NCBI GenBank assembly: GCA_036867785.1
Contig: CP145412.1
Coordinates: forward strand, 1,240,001-1,304,000
From: Plasmodiophora brassicae
Lineage: Eukaryota
Direction of reading: 5' to 3'
Length of the DNA stretch: 64,000 nucleotides
Program-made: the position numbers and the translations under genes
Shown: positions 1 to 13,000 of the stretch, in pieces
Numbering within the stretch: the first letter of the stretch is position 1
Layout of the letters: each line of letters opens with the position of its first letter
Notes under the pieces: model-generated
Seen by the model: only the letters and a program-made list of their open reading frames with translations
Databases searched by the model: none
Told to the model about the DNA's origin: nothing

Positions 1-1669
<1,669 letters not shown>

Positions 1670-1848
1670 CGCTGCGCAGTCCGGTGGACTGCCGAGTCGT
1701 CTGTCAACGGGTTTCCCCCCACCGGCCCACGGGGCTGTCGTCTACAGGGTCCGCCGCCCTCGGCCTTATGTTACGGCGGCCCGACTGCTACATGTTCCGG
1801 CCGCTCCGAGTGCGGTTCCCCTGATCCGACAAGCTCCGATCCGGTCCA

Positions 1849-4356
1849 ATGGCGAGCGGCACCGGCGGCAACGGGGACGGGGAGCGCCTGATGGACCAGG
1901 TGCTGGACGCGCTGTGGCTGCAGGGCGACGAAAGGGAGGAGGTCGTCGCGGCGATCCGCGGGACGCCAGAGTACCGGGCCGTGTTGGCGCGATCGGGTTC
2001 GGAGCGTAATGATCAGCAGAGGGCTGCTGAGCGGATACGGGAGGTGCTGTCTCCGATCGTGAGGCAGGTCCACGGGATGAGCCCGACGTCCAGGCTCGTA
2101 CGGGTATGTACTGCGCTGGCCCAGCACAACATCTGGGTCACCGACGACGGGTTCCGGGACATTGAATCCAAGTTGCTGCAAGACAGAGAGGCCGACACCG
2201 AGGCACCCTTGGTGCAACACGCGAGGGCGCAGAGCGCCAGGAGATTCGTCGCTGTTGAGACCCTGCGGCTGCTGATGCCTTTGTCGAGACAGGCGACTGA
2301 GCTATGCGCCAGACGATTGTCGGATGACCTACCGCTCGACTTCTCCGTCATGTGGGCTGATGCCGTCTGGCGCGTCGTACCGCACCTCGCCAAGGCGTAC
2401 GGGTCCCGCGCCCGGCCATCGCGCTTTGCTGAGCACGTTCGACGCCACGGTTTGCTTGCCATGGCGTATCGCGCCTTACAAAGAAGCCCTGTATATCGTC
2501 GGCATCGTTGTGGACTTGCGCTGAGCACCTCTGACCGTTTGCCACAGGACGTAATGCACCGAAAGCGACAGGAGTGCACGCGTGGGATAACGTTACGACA
2601 TCGGTTGTGCACCGCAGCGCATGCGGTTGTTCTCATTACAGAATGTGGCGCCAGCGTCACCGACCGTGATGCCCGGTGGAACACGGCGCTCCACACGATC
2701 TGCGAGAACGCCACACGAGGCCCGCCCGATCTTCACCTCATCACGGTCCTGCTCGCGACCGGGTGTCCCGTCGACGCGGTTAATGACAACGGGTGGACAC
2801 CGCTGGCGGTTGCCTGCTTTGCGAACGCGTCTCCGATCGTCGTCCTTGGCCTGCTGCAATTCGGAGCGTCACCGAACGCTCGTGACAGCTTTGGCCAGAC
2901 ACCCGTCCACCATGCGGTCGCCTCCGGGAGGAACCCGCACGTCGTTGCCATGCTGTACCGGCATGGCGCTGACCTGAACGCGAAGGACGACAATGGTCAG
3001 ACGCCGATGCATCTAGCGGGCGCGTATGGGCACACGTCGATGGGCAAGGTGCTGATCAGACTCGGCGCTCGCCTCGATGTTTATGACAGCGATGCGCGCA
3101 CGCCCCTTGAGTACGCGTCCCAGACCAGCCCTGAACTGACCCGAATCTGGTTGCCGCATAGCATCCGCCAGAGGCAGCGAAGAGGCATCCCTGTAGAAAC
3201 CTGTGCCAGCTTGAGCCTGTCGGAGCTGTTGCCGGCCAGAGGGATGCCAGCTCGGCATATCGACCTAAGCAACCTGCAGATGAGGTACCTGGTTGGGGAG
3301 ATAACGTGCGCACACCCATTGGCATCAATGGACCTTCGAGGGAATCCGATGCAAAGCGTTCCCTGGCTGCCCTGGTGGTTGTTCAGCGGCGAAGACGTCG
3401 TCCAGTATCGCAGCGCCCGAGCGCTGTCGCACATCCTGGTGGCGATCATCACCTGCCTGTTTACTGTCGACTTGCTGGTGATTCGTAGTGGGAACGCCCA
3501 GTGGCAACCGCTGGGCCTGGACCTATTCGACACGTGCGCCGCTCTGTTCTATCTTGTTGCCGCCTCGTCGGTAATGCTCGGCCTGAACTGCAACGCTTTC
3601 TGGAACCGGCGAGACCTTGTGAAGAAGGCTCGTAGCAGGAAGGTGGCCGTTCAGAAAGTCACCCCTAAGGCCACTGCCATCACAATGGCGATCATGGCGA
3701 TCGAGTCGCTTCAAGTTGTTTCGTTGCTGCTGACGAACGGGAACTGGACGCTCCTTCCAACTGTCTTGTTGCTGCCCCTTCGACCATTCCTGTTTGGGGT
3801 GCCGGTGGCATTCACGATCGTCCTTCTTGTTCGCGGACTGCTGGAGGTTCGAGTCGTATGTCGACAGGCATCACGTGCTGATCAGTGGCTGTACTGGTGC
3901 TCCCACGTTCTAACGTTGCCGTTATCGTACCATCTGTTTCTCCAGACAGCATGCACCGCCGGCATGTACGGAGACGTAGATCATCCATGCGTGTCGACGC
4001 CAGAACTGCTTGTCGTGGTTGCATTCGGCATGTTTGGCATGCTGCTGCTGTATCCCATCATGGTATTGGGACCGCCGTTCTGGCAGGAATCGGCGCCAGG
4101 GTTCCCTCGAGTTCCCCCACTAGCGCTATCGTGCACCAATCACCTCAAGGCGTGCATGGCGGCCTCTGCCGCAATCCTGTGGCGACCATCGCAACGAAAG
4201 ATCCTGTCCGTCGTCATCATCCTTGCCTGCACGGTCTTCATCATCGCCACGGCCAGACAGCTGTTCACTCGCATCGACCTCGCGATGGCGCTATGGCGCC
4301 TGGGAACAATAGCGATCGCTCCCATCGTCATGGCAGGCCTTACCTTGACGCTGTAA
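1849..4356 (+). CDS. Ankyrin-repeat, short LRR-like and multi-pass membrane protein
   Basis: 835-aa ORF with ankyrin motifs (WNTALH, GWTPLAVAC, GQTPVHHAV, GQTPMHLA, RTPLEYA), LRR-like IDLSNLQM and MDLRGNPMQSVP, then several hydrophobic helices. May hide in-frame introns. Confidence 0.8.
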   Translation: MASGTGGNGDGERLMDQVLDALWLQGDEREEVVAAIRGTPEYRAVLARSGSERNDQQRAAERIREVLSPIVRQVHGMSPTSRLVRVCTALAQHNIWVTDDGFRDIESKLLQDREADTEAPLVQHARAQSARRFVAVETLRLLMPLSRQATELCARRLSDDLPLDFSVMWADAVWRVVPHLAKAYGSRARPSRFAEHVRRHGLLAMAYRALQRSPVYRRHRCGLALSTSDRLPQDVMHRKRQECTRGITLRHRLCTAAHAVVLITECGASVTDRDARWNTALHTICENATRGPPDLHLITVLLATGCPVDAVNDNGWTPLAVACFANASPIVVLGLLQFGASPNARDSFGQTPVHHAVASGRNPHVVAMLYRHGADLNAKDDNGQTPMHLAGAYGHTSMGKVLIRLGARLDVYDSDARTPLEYASQTSPELTRIWLPHSIRQRQRRGIPVETCASLSLSELLPARGMPARHIDLSNLQMRYLVGEITCAHPLASMDLRGNPMQSVPWLPWWLFSGEDVVQYRSARALSHILVAIITCLFTVDLLVIRSGNAQWQPLGLDLFDTCAALFYLVAASSVMLGLNCNAFWNRRDLVKKARSRKVAVQKVTPKATAITMAIMAIESLQVVSLLLTNGNWTLLPTVLLLPLRPFLFGVPVAFTIVLLVRGLLEVRVVCRQASRADQWLYWCSHVLTLPLSYHLFLQTACTAGMYGDVDHPCVSTPELLVVVAFGMFGMLLLYPIMVLGPPFWQESAPGFPRVPPLALSCTNHLKACMAASAAILWRPSQRKILSVVIILACTVFIIATARQLFTRIDLAMALWRLGTIAIAPIVMAGLTLTL

Positions 4357-4616
4357 ACCTATTTACACCGTCCGTAGCAACGTGTGCCCCCAGTCTCGCA
4401 GGATCCGCCCGCAGACGGACAGGGTAGGAATGTGTCGCCGAACCTTCAGTCGGCGACAGCAGTTGGTGGTAGGTACCTGAATCGGTGCCGAAAAAAGAAC
4501 GACGCCGCACTGTGACAGCGGGGGACGGCCGACGGCGGACGGCAGCACCACACGGCACACGGGGCGCGGCACCGGCGCTGACTTGAGTGGTCATTCGTCA
4601 TTTTGTTCGTCGGCCC

Positions 4617-5618
4617 ATGAGCGACGACAGCGGCAGCGTCGGCGAGTGCGCTTGTGACGACTGCGGCAGCGACTACGAGGTCGGCGATGACCGGTTCCCG
4701 GTCGCTGAGGTCGGCCAGAGCGAGGCGATGATGCCGCCGCCTGCGTTGCGACCGTCGGCGGGCGGGTCGTGCAACACGGGGCCCAAGGGCGTGATGGCCG
4801 ACTACCGGGCCGCACAGCTGAAGATGCGGGCCGCTAGGTTTCAGAAGGAAGCGGAATTCGAGAGGCTTCTGGAGCGCATGGCGGTTGGCGACCCGGTGGA
4901 CTTCGTCCCCGAAAGCGGCGACGTACAGCCGAACGTCGTCAGCGGGGACGCGGATGATGATGACAATGCTGAACTCGAAGCGATTCGTCGACGTCGGCTG
5001 AACCAGTTGAAGTCGAACCTGCCCGTATTCGGCAAGTTGGCAGAGGTCACGCCAAGGAATTTCATATCCTTCGTCGAAGACGTTGACAAGCGCACGGTTG
5101 TTCTAATTGCTATGTATAAGCCGGTACGCGATAATCGTATGCGTCCGCTCCGTTCGTTTACGGTAGTTGACGGGGCGGCCGCCTTGCAGGAAGTCAGAGG
5201 CTGTGCGAGATTGAACTTATCGCTTGCGGCACTTGCAAAGAAATTCACTCGTGTCCGGTTCGGCCGCATGGTCATCTCCGACGCCGTCCCCGGATTCGAC
5301 AGGTCGGCATCCCATTGCTTCATCTACCCATCCATCCTGTCTGACCCTCTCCTGACCACAGCGCAGGCCTACCTGCCCTTGTAGCATATCGCGGCGGTGA
5401 GCGAACGCATTCCTTCGTCCCCCTCACCGGCTGGACCGGCGAGCACTACACCGATCGCGACCTCGTCCTGCTCCTCTGCCGGTAAGACCCTGTGTTCCTC
5501 CCGTCCGCCGCCGGCTCACCCGCGCTTTTCCAGGCAGAAACTCCTGTCCGAAGAGTCGCTCGCCAGTGCCGGCTACGACGATGACGTCTCTGACAGCAAC
5601 TCCAACAACGATTCGTAA
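4617..5618 (+). CDS. Phosducin-like protein (PhLP1 type), multi-exon
   Basis: NTGPKGVMADYR phosducin helix-1 motif, LEAIRRRRLNQLK, and a thioredoxin-like C-terminal part (GCARLNLSLAALAKKFTRVRF). Short GT-AG introns near 5124, 5302 and 5482. Confidence 0.88.
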
Positions 5619-5753
5619 AACTAACAGCGTTCGACTTGTTACCGTGCTGAAGCCCTAGTCCTACAGTACATTTGTGTAAATGGGCGTCCTGCTGGGCTGC
5701 GGGGCACGAACACTGGACACGATACTCAGTTACACCGCTGGTGGAGCAGCCCT

Positions 5754-6459
5754 AATTATGAGCGTCTGGTCGGACTCGGCTCATCAACAAACACCTGTGT
5801 CAAGCGACGCGGCCACTCCATACGGGGCCTGTTCGTTTTATCATAGGACCAGGAATGCAGGAAGCAAACACCCTGCAGACGCGTTTCATTTACGCCTGCA
5901 CTTGACACTTGACAGGTTTGCGCTGAGGGTTCACGACCTCTTGCGGGCGCTTGTACGGCTTGCGTTCAGGGTTAACAGGCAACCCGATGCTCCTAACGTG
6001 ACATCGCAAAGAATTTGACAAACGCCAGACTCCTGCAGAGCCTTCGGCGACGTCGTCAGCGACGCCTTGCTGTTCCGAAATGGCCTTGACAACGAGGTCT
6101 TCCGCGGCTTTGAAGAAGCGATAACAGCTGGCTTGTCAATCCCGGAAATCGTCGCTTCTGGCAGGCTTCGGCGGCAACGACATTCCGGGCGGTTCCCAGG
6201 CAGTACTGTACTGACGGACCCAGAACAGCGCATCGTAGATGGCTTCCAAGACGTCCCGCTGCTGGATGTGTCACTCGTCTGCCGGTGCTGGCAGCATCTT
6301 CTCCGCCGTCGGATAAACTTGAAAGTCACCGGCCAGCACGTGCCTCGTTGTGCAGGCTTACAAAAACACAGCGAGGGCAGGCATCGCTGGTCACCCGATT
6401 TCGAAGGTGGCCCCAACGGCAGGCGACGTGTCAAGTGCGGTCGGCAGCCAGAGCAGCAT
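5754..6459 (-). CDS. Hypothetical multi-exon protein (boundaries uncertain)
   Basis: Segments with host-like codon usage (QRDVLEAIYDALFWVRQ; CYRFFKAAEDLVVKAISEQQGVADDVAEG) separated by 51-57 nt candidate introns, two of which have a TGAC branch motif and CAG acceptor. Not shown in the ORF track in this frame. Confidence 0.45.
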
Positions 6460-6582
6460 TGTCCATTTCGCCGCGCCCGAATTAGAATTGGCGAGGCCGG
6501 AAATCCGATTTTACTCCGCCGGCCGACCTGTTGTTACGAGACGCGACCGGAGCTCGCCGCCGTCAGGGAGACCTGTCGCCCC

Positions 6583-9500
6583 ATGAGCTTCGATGCGTCG
6601 ACCGGGCGGTCGCCGGCGCAGCGATCGCTGAGCAAGAAGGGCCTGAAGCTGCTGGGCGTTTCCGCCCGCGCCCTGATCAACAAGATCCTGGATGGGGCGA
6701 CGCAGGGCGGCCTGGACCGCGACGAGCTGTTCCTGTTCTGGAGGGACCTGTCCGGCAACGACAGCGCCGCTGACAGCACAGAGTACCTGCAATTGTGTGT
6801 TGCCAGCATGCAGGAGGCGATCGACGGCAGGAGGGTGCTCGGGTTCCCCTGGCACGCCTTGGTGAACACGATCTCGTTCATCGCGTTGCGCTTGCCGATT
6901 CGGAAGAACGCGCCCAGCCTGCGGGCGACGCTGCAAGACATCAAGACGTCACGTTTGGATCGCGGTGTGTTCTCCGCTGCCGACGAGGTCCTGCGAACCG
7001 TCCACAAGCGTCTTGTCGAGAACGAGCTGGCGCTGGACACGCTTCTCATCCAAATGTCGACGCTGTATTCCGCCCAGGAGCTCACCGTCCTGACCGACTA
7101 CCTGCACTTTCCGTCGCTTGATGGGAGCAAAGTCGTCGGCGGCGAACTGGGCTTCGTCTACTTCTACGTTCGGTACGGTTGCTGTCCCGAAACCTGGTTT
7201 CCGGCTGTGCGGCCTGACGCTACCTGCTTGTAGGGATTTGGCATTGGCAAACAGTCGAATATGCGCTGACGTTCTCGACAAGACGATGAACATGTTTCTG
7301 ACGCTGCCGCAGACACTGAAGCTGAGCCCGATGCTGGCTGAAACGAAGTTGCTCTCGTTCTTGCATCTCGTTTCGGTACGCCCGTACATCCCTGCTTGGA
7401 CATGACGTGGTCTGACGACCTTGACACGCAGGAGCTTGTTGTCAGGCGACCTCTGTGCGCTAACACTGTTCGCGAGAGAGCATTGAAAATCATGCGCCCG
7501 TTCCTGATGTGGCCGTCCCCGTTCAGCAATCGCGTCCAACAGGTGATGTTTCAGATCCAACAGGAATCAATGTGCACTGGGGTCAACATGATCGACCGCG
7601 TCATCGAGGAGTCGAGATCTGCGATCCTGCCGCTGCCAGATGCCGCTCAGTCTGACAACGCCGATCGTTCCTCGGAGCAGACATCGTCCGAGCGACGTTC
7701 CACACCGATCTTCTATATGCTCGACGGGGCGTCTCTCCCTTGCAGCTACGCGTACCAGATCATGTCGCTGGCAGATTTCGACACTGAAGACAAGGTGATT
7801 CCTCACAGACACTGCAGCCCGAGTGTGAGCCTAACGTCTTTCGCAACAGGCGCAACGGTTCGACAAGCTACAGCAGGAGCTGCCCAACAAGGACAAGGCA
7901 TTCTTCATCCTGTTTCTGTTTCGGGTGTATCTGCAGGTGGAGCCCATTGACATTGAGGCTCTGCGCTGGTGCCCAAGTGATCTCCTGCACAACGCGTTCT
8001 ATGAGGCGGTGTCAACGGCTCGTGACGTTCGTGACTGATTCGGATTGCCTCGTGCCACGTATCTAAGCCTTGTGTCTCCTAGGCAACAATGGTGTTGCCG
8101 TCGGACAGCCGATCCGTTATCGTCTCCCGCCTAGCCCCAATACAGGAGTATCTGCGTTCCCAGCTTCAAGAGCCTGTCGCTGATTACCCTCCGCACTTCG
8201 ACAACGAGCTTGTGTCCATTGACGATGATTTCTATCCCGAATCCCCAACGTTCACCCACATCGCCTGCGTAGACTCGCTATGGTAGGCGCCTCAAGAGGT
8301 CACTCTCCGCTCCGATGGCTGACCAAGATGCACAGGTATCGCGTTCTACCCAAGAACAAGCAACAGAATCGAAACGTTCGTAGCAAGTACCCAGTGACGC
8401 CAATGACGCGGCGTCTGTCTGCCATACTCGATCGAGTGCGACCAGGTGACCTACGAATTCGTCGGTGCCGATAATGACAACTAATAGCCGGTCTGTAGCT
8501 GGAACCGAGGACAATCCTGTTGTCGTTCATATCGTGTGCTGCGGCACAGACCGTCTTATGCATGGGATCATGTGTGGATATATGTCGATCCTGTAATGCT
8601 GGGCGCTGCATTTGGTTTGTGTTTCCGAACGCTGATCGGTGGTGATGATAGGGCCGAGAATCCAAATGCTTTCGCCGGTATCGAGTTGAAATGGTACGAC
8701 GGTCCCCGTCTTTGCGGGGATGCCCTCTGACGTCCAGTTCCGTCCAGGTATATTGCTCCGGTTGAAGACAACCTCCTGGCGTCGTTTATTGCTAGACGAG
8801 ACGGCTGGTACAAGTACGTAGCCATTCGTTCCTAAGTCCCGGCGTCGACCTACTCATTACGTTGTGCAATGCGACAGCCGTCATGTCTATACCCCATTTC
8901 GTGCACGACCGTTCATGCTTCCCTTCCTATCGTCTACCGACACTGAATTCCCCCCACAACGTCTCATGGGCGAGATACCGGTAGCATCTGGCAACGGTCG
9001 TCTTTCATGTGCGTACTGAATGTTTGATTAGATCTTGCCCGGGCAGTTCCTTCGCGACTGCGTTGAATCGTTTGTTCGCGAAGCATCGGAAGTCATGCCG
9101 GTACAGGTCTACAAGATCGAGTGTTGGGAGAGCAACGACAGTGCTTCGCGTCACAATGAGCCCGATCAGGTGATCCCATTCCTGGCTCGGTTGGAAGTCA
9201 GCGTCAGGTAGGGAGACCCGTCTGTGGGCACCATTCTATGGCGGATTCTAACTGTGTGATGCGTTCACACCCAGGGTGGAGGCCAGGTATTTCCAGAAGA
9301 TGCAGAAGGACCCTCGAAAGTTATCAGAGATCGTCAAGACGGTTAGCAAATGCAGCGTCCACGTGTGCATTTACACTGATTTCAGCGGACGCAGGTCTCG
9401 CTGGTACAGCCCCACCTGCAGCTGCAGTACACGAAAATGAATCTCGCTGGCAACTTCACGACGACGGTTAATCTCGAGTCCATCGTGTACGATGGGATCG

Positions 9501-9879
9501 TTCTCGCGAACGTCCCGATTGCCAAGGACCCGTGCTTCCCAGGCGACCCAACCGAAAAGGTCCGGCTTCTCCAGACGTCGATCGCTGCGTCGACTCTGTT
9601 GCTCACTCTCCGTTACAGTGGCTTGAAATGTATGCGCAGACGCATGGCGCCTCTACAGCAGGGAATGCATCTGGCGGGTCATCCAAGAAATCCAAGTCGA
9701 GCAACTCGTCGTCAGGCGGCGAACTTCGCTGCCGCGTTGGCATTGTGGAGGTCACTGCCGAGACGCCGTTTAGCATCCTGGTAGACAGTGGCCTGTTCGG
9801 CCCTTTCTACCGCATTGTCGTCAGTGCTCAGGACTTCGTGCTGCCTGTCCGAACATATTTCCCTGTCAGAACCTTCTGA
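6583..9879 (+). CDS. Multi-exon protein with a C-terminal region resembling PI3K-gamma regulatory subunit p101/p84 or the PACS C-terminal region
   Basis: Spliced reading gives VHIVCCGTDRLMHGIMCGY...IELKWYIAPVEDNLLASFIARRDGWYNRH...FVREASEVMPVQVYKIECW...VIPFLARLEV...LQLQYTKMNLAG...PFSILVD...LPVRTYFP. Family resemblance is from recalled motif order. Confidence 0.6.
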
Positions 9880-10025
9880 TAATGTTTGAAGTGTCAAGCG
9901 TGATATGCGTCGGTTCGTGCAGAGAAACCCACAATTATTATGGATGTATATAACTCGGTAGATTGCTGCACACTGATAGTGCTATAGTACAACAAACCGA
10001 ACAACAGCGACCGCACGCAGGCGCT

Positions 10026-13000
10026 CTATGCTTGCCTAGCAGCAGCGGCCCCGAAGTCTTCAGGCCGCGCAAGGTGAGGCGATACAGGCACAGCGTTCAG
10101 CCCATACGCCATGAACGGCCTGGACGAAGCACCACCAACTGGCATTCGTGGTGGCCGAGGGCCATGTCTCCGTGCTCGTTGCGGATTCTGATGGGGACTG
10201 GGTACCCTGCCGGCCGGACGCGAATGCTGGCGTTGAACCAGGGGAGCATTCTGTGGAGGTGCACCGGCACCACCGCCGTGACCTTGTGTGTTGAAGCGTT
10301 GATAAGGCGCTGCAACGGCGATGGGAGCTTGATGACCTTGGTTATTGAACCGGTGATACGGCGCAGCAGCAGCGACAGGAGCTTGACGATGACCCATTGC
10401 AACGGGCTGCGGCGGTTGCTGGTAACCGGGTACCGGGTAGCGCTGATGGCTTTCGGGATGTGACACGACAGCCGCGGCGGCTGTGACAGAGCGCTGTTGC
10501 AAGAACTCCATTGGCGGTATGAAGATCCTGGCGTCCGACGGGGCAGACTCACGACGCCCTTGCTGCTGAGGATACCCTCTCACAAGCGTCTCGTTGCTCT
10601 GCATGGACTCCCACATGGACGCCCAGTCGCGGCTGCCTGCGGCGACATCGCTTGCGTTTTCATGGACGCCTGACTGTGGGAATGCCGCTGTAGGTGCCGG
10701 TTGAGGCTTGGACGGCTTCCTCTGTTCGTCAGCAACCCATCTCCTCGGTTCATCTGGAACGCGATGGGAGGGAGCCTGACGCTCTTGGCGCTGTGCCTGT
10801 GGACGACGTGCAGGTGGCGGAACGCCGGCTGTAGACGGGGGCGGCGCAGCATTCGACACCAACGATTGCGTCTTCTTCCCAGATCGACCTTTCAGGGTCG
10901 GAACTCGAGGCTGGCTCAGATTCAGAAGACATTTGGACGAGAGTTGCAGTCCTCGGGACGTGGAGCATCTCCCATTCAAGTCCGATCCACTCAACAGGCG
11001 ATCATCAAACACAACGTCAACTTGCTCTGTACAATGCACACATTAGAGCGGCAGCCATTACTACACCCGTTAGGAGCCACCTGAATGAATGCCAATAATG
11101 TTGCCCCGACTTCCAAACGGAACACCGTGATGGCCACCCAGGAACAGGACGCGATCTCCGAGCGAATACGAGACCTGGATATACACCGGTTCAGATCACA
11201 CCATCAAGCGATGCTATTCCTTTGGACCTTCTCAGTGGGCGACCATTGCACGCGCGGGGCTGGCTTATACAGGAACTCCATCGGCACGTTTTGAAGTTGC
11301 ATCTCATTGACAGTGGTGCTTCTCGAACATTGTAACTGGGCCTCTTCGATTGCGGCAATGCAGTCCGGCGACAGGACTTTGCTCGAGCACGGCACCATGG
11401 GCAGACGCGACGAGGGTAGCGATTTCAGCCACTTGGACACCCGGTCGATATAATCGCGAACATCGCCTTGAACAAACGGACGCAGATCGACAACGCGTTC
11501 ATGGTTCTCCTCAAGGGCGGTGAAGATTTCGGGAAATTCGTTCACGTAAGATTGAAGAATGCGGAATGCGGCGGAGGAGTATTCCCAGAGCGCCTGCGGT
11601 TCGGTGACGACGTTGCTGTACGATACCAAACGTGCTGGTTGTGTAACGATGCGAGTATACCCAGGGACCATCAGTTGACGCCTCGGAAACTTGAAATTAA
11701 GCCCTAGTTCAGTGCTTTGTTATGGCGAGAACGATAATATCGCAGTGCGACCGAACCGATGTTAACTTTGCCAGGTGCGACAAGCTGTCCCGATGAAATT
11801 TTCCCCAGCGTATTAGTCGAAATACTGAGCGCCTTAGCTATCTTGAAAGACTGCAGCCATTTATCCTGCGAGGTTTCAGCCACACATTGAACGCACGCGT
11901 GCGAAACCAGATTACCTTGGCATGCATTTGCTCGCAGATTTGGCTTCCAAAAGCGCCTTCCTTGTCCAGAATGTTCAATTGAATCGTCGCTGTACGCTAC
12001 CGGATAGCACATGTCAAAGCGAGCGTATGGGGAGTACGAGCCCACTAACCATGGAGTCATGCGACAAGACAGTACCGCCGGCACCATAATACGATGGTGG
12101 CGTTCCGACAAAGACGACAGGACATCCCAGAGGAAACGCGTCCTTAATGGACAGTGCACCAGACGTCTTGAAACGAGGATCGCGGACTTGGCGTCGACTG
12201 GCAACCAACTATACCAGAGAATTTGAGGGACCCGGAATACGACATGTCACATTTCTCTTCAAACCTGAATTGGAACGAAAGTAGAAGTGTCGCTCCAAAC
12301 CTTATGAACAGATCCAGACGCAGCACGACCCATTCCAGTAAACAAGCGAACTTCAAGGCGAGTCTGACCAGACACGAAATTACAATGCCGCCGAGGTTGA
12401 GCGTCAAATCACGACAGACCCGATCATCACCGATATCAACTGCCCGCGCTGACAGCATCTTCATGCGGTCATTGGCAGCATCCCGTTGATGCTGGAGAAC
12501 CTCGGCTTGCGACAGCTGAACAGCAGCCTCATCTGCGTCCTTTTCGTAACGTGCGGTGCCGTCACTAACGGCAACGACCATTGCATCACGCAAGAAAGGC
12601 CAGCTGTGTGAATATGTCAACTGGACGCGACACCACCAACGACCGAAGCGACTTACTCGACGACGCATGGTTTGCCTATCATGGCACGTCCTTTGCGAAG
12701 GCTAGGCGTGGTTGGGTCGGGAACAATCGTGGCAACCAAAGAGTCGCGTTTGCTTTCCCGCCCGAACACATTGACGCCCTTCGTAAGTAGCCATGTCAGT
12801 TTGCGAGCCGAGAAGAGGTAAGCGATAACGACCGACCACTGGCGCCAGAGCCATCGTGATGTTGAGAATGGATAGGTGCGGGAAACTGGGAGCTGGGATT
12901 ACGAGGTCGGCGCAAAGCCGAGATCGGTAGACGCCATCCCCAGGGATTTCGGGCGTTACTGCCTTCTCAACTCGACAGTGGCTACAACAGCGCTCAACAC

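Noticed and set aside
5890-6459. Minus-strand frame with coding-like segments interrupted only by in-frame TGA codons (6271-6273, 6136-6138 and one near 6391), suggesting a selenoprotein or readthrough
   Set aside because: Two TGAs are part of TGAC branch-point motifs just before CAG acceptors and the third is in a GTGA donor, so 3n-length introns of 51-57 nt explain them. No convincing SECIS was seen. RNA-seq would settle it.
6067-6582. N-terminal extension of the 388-aa ORF at 6067
   Set aside because: Non-ATG start and non-coding-like composition; the first plausible ATG is 6583 and the region overlaps the putative minus-strand gene.
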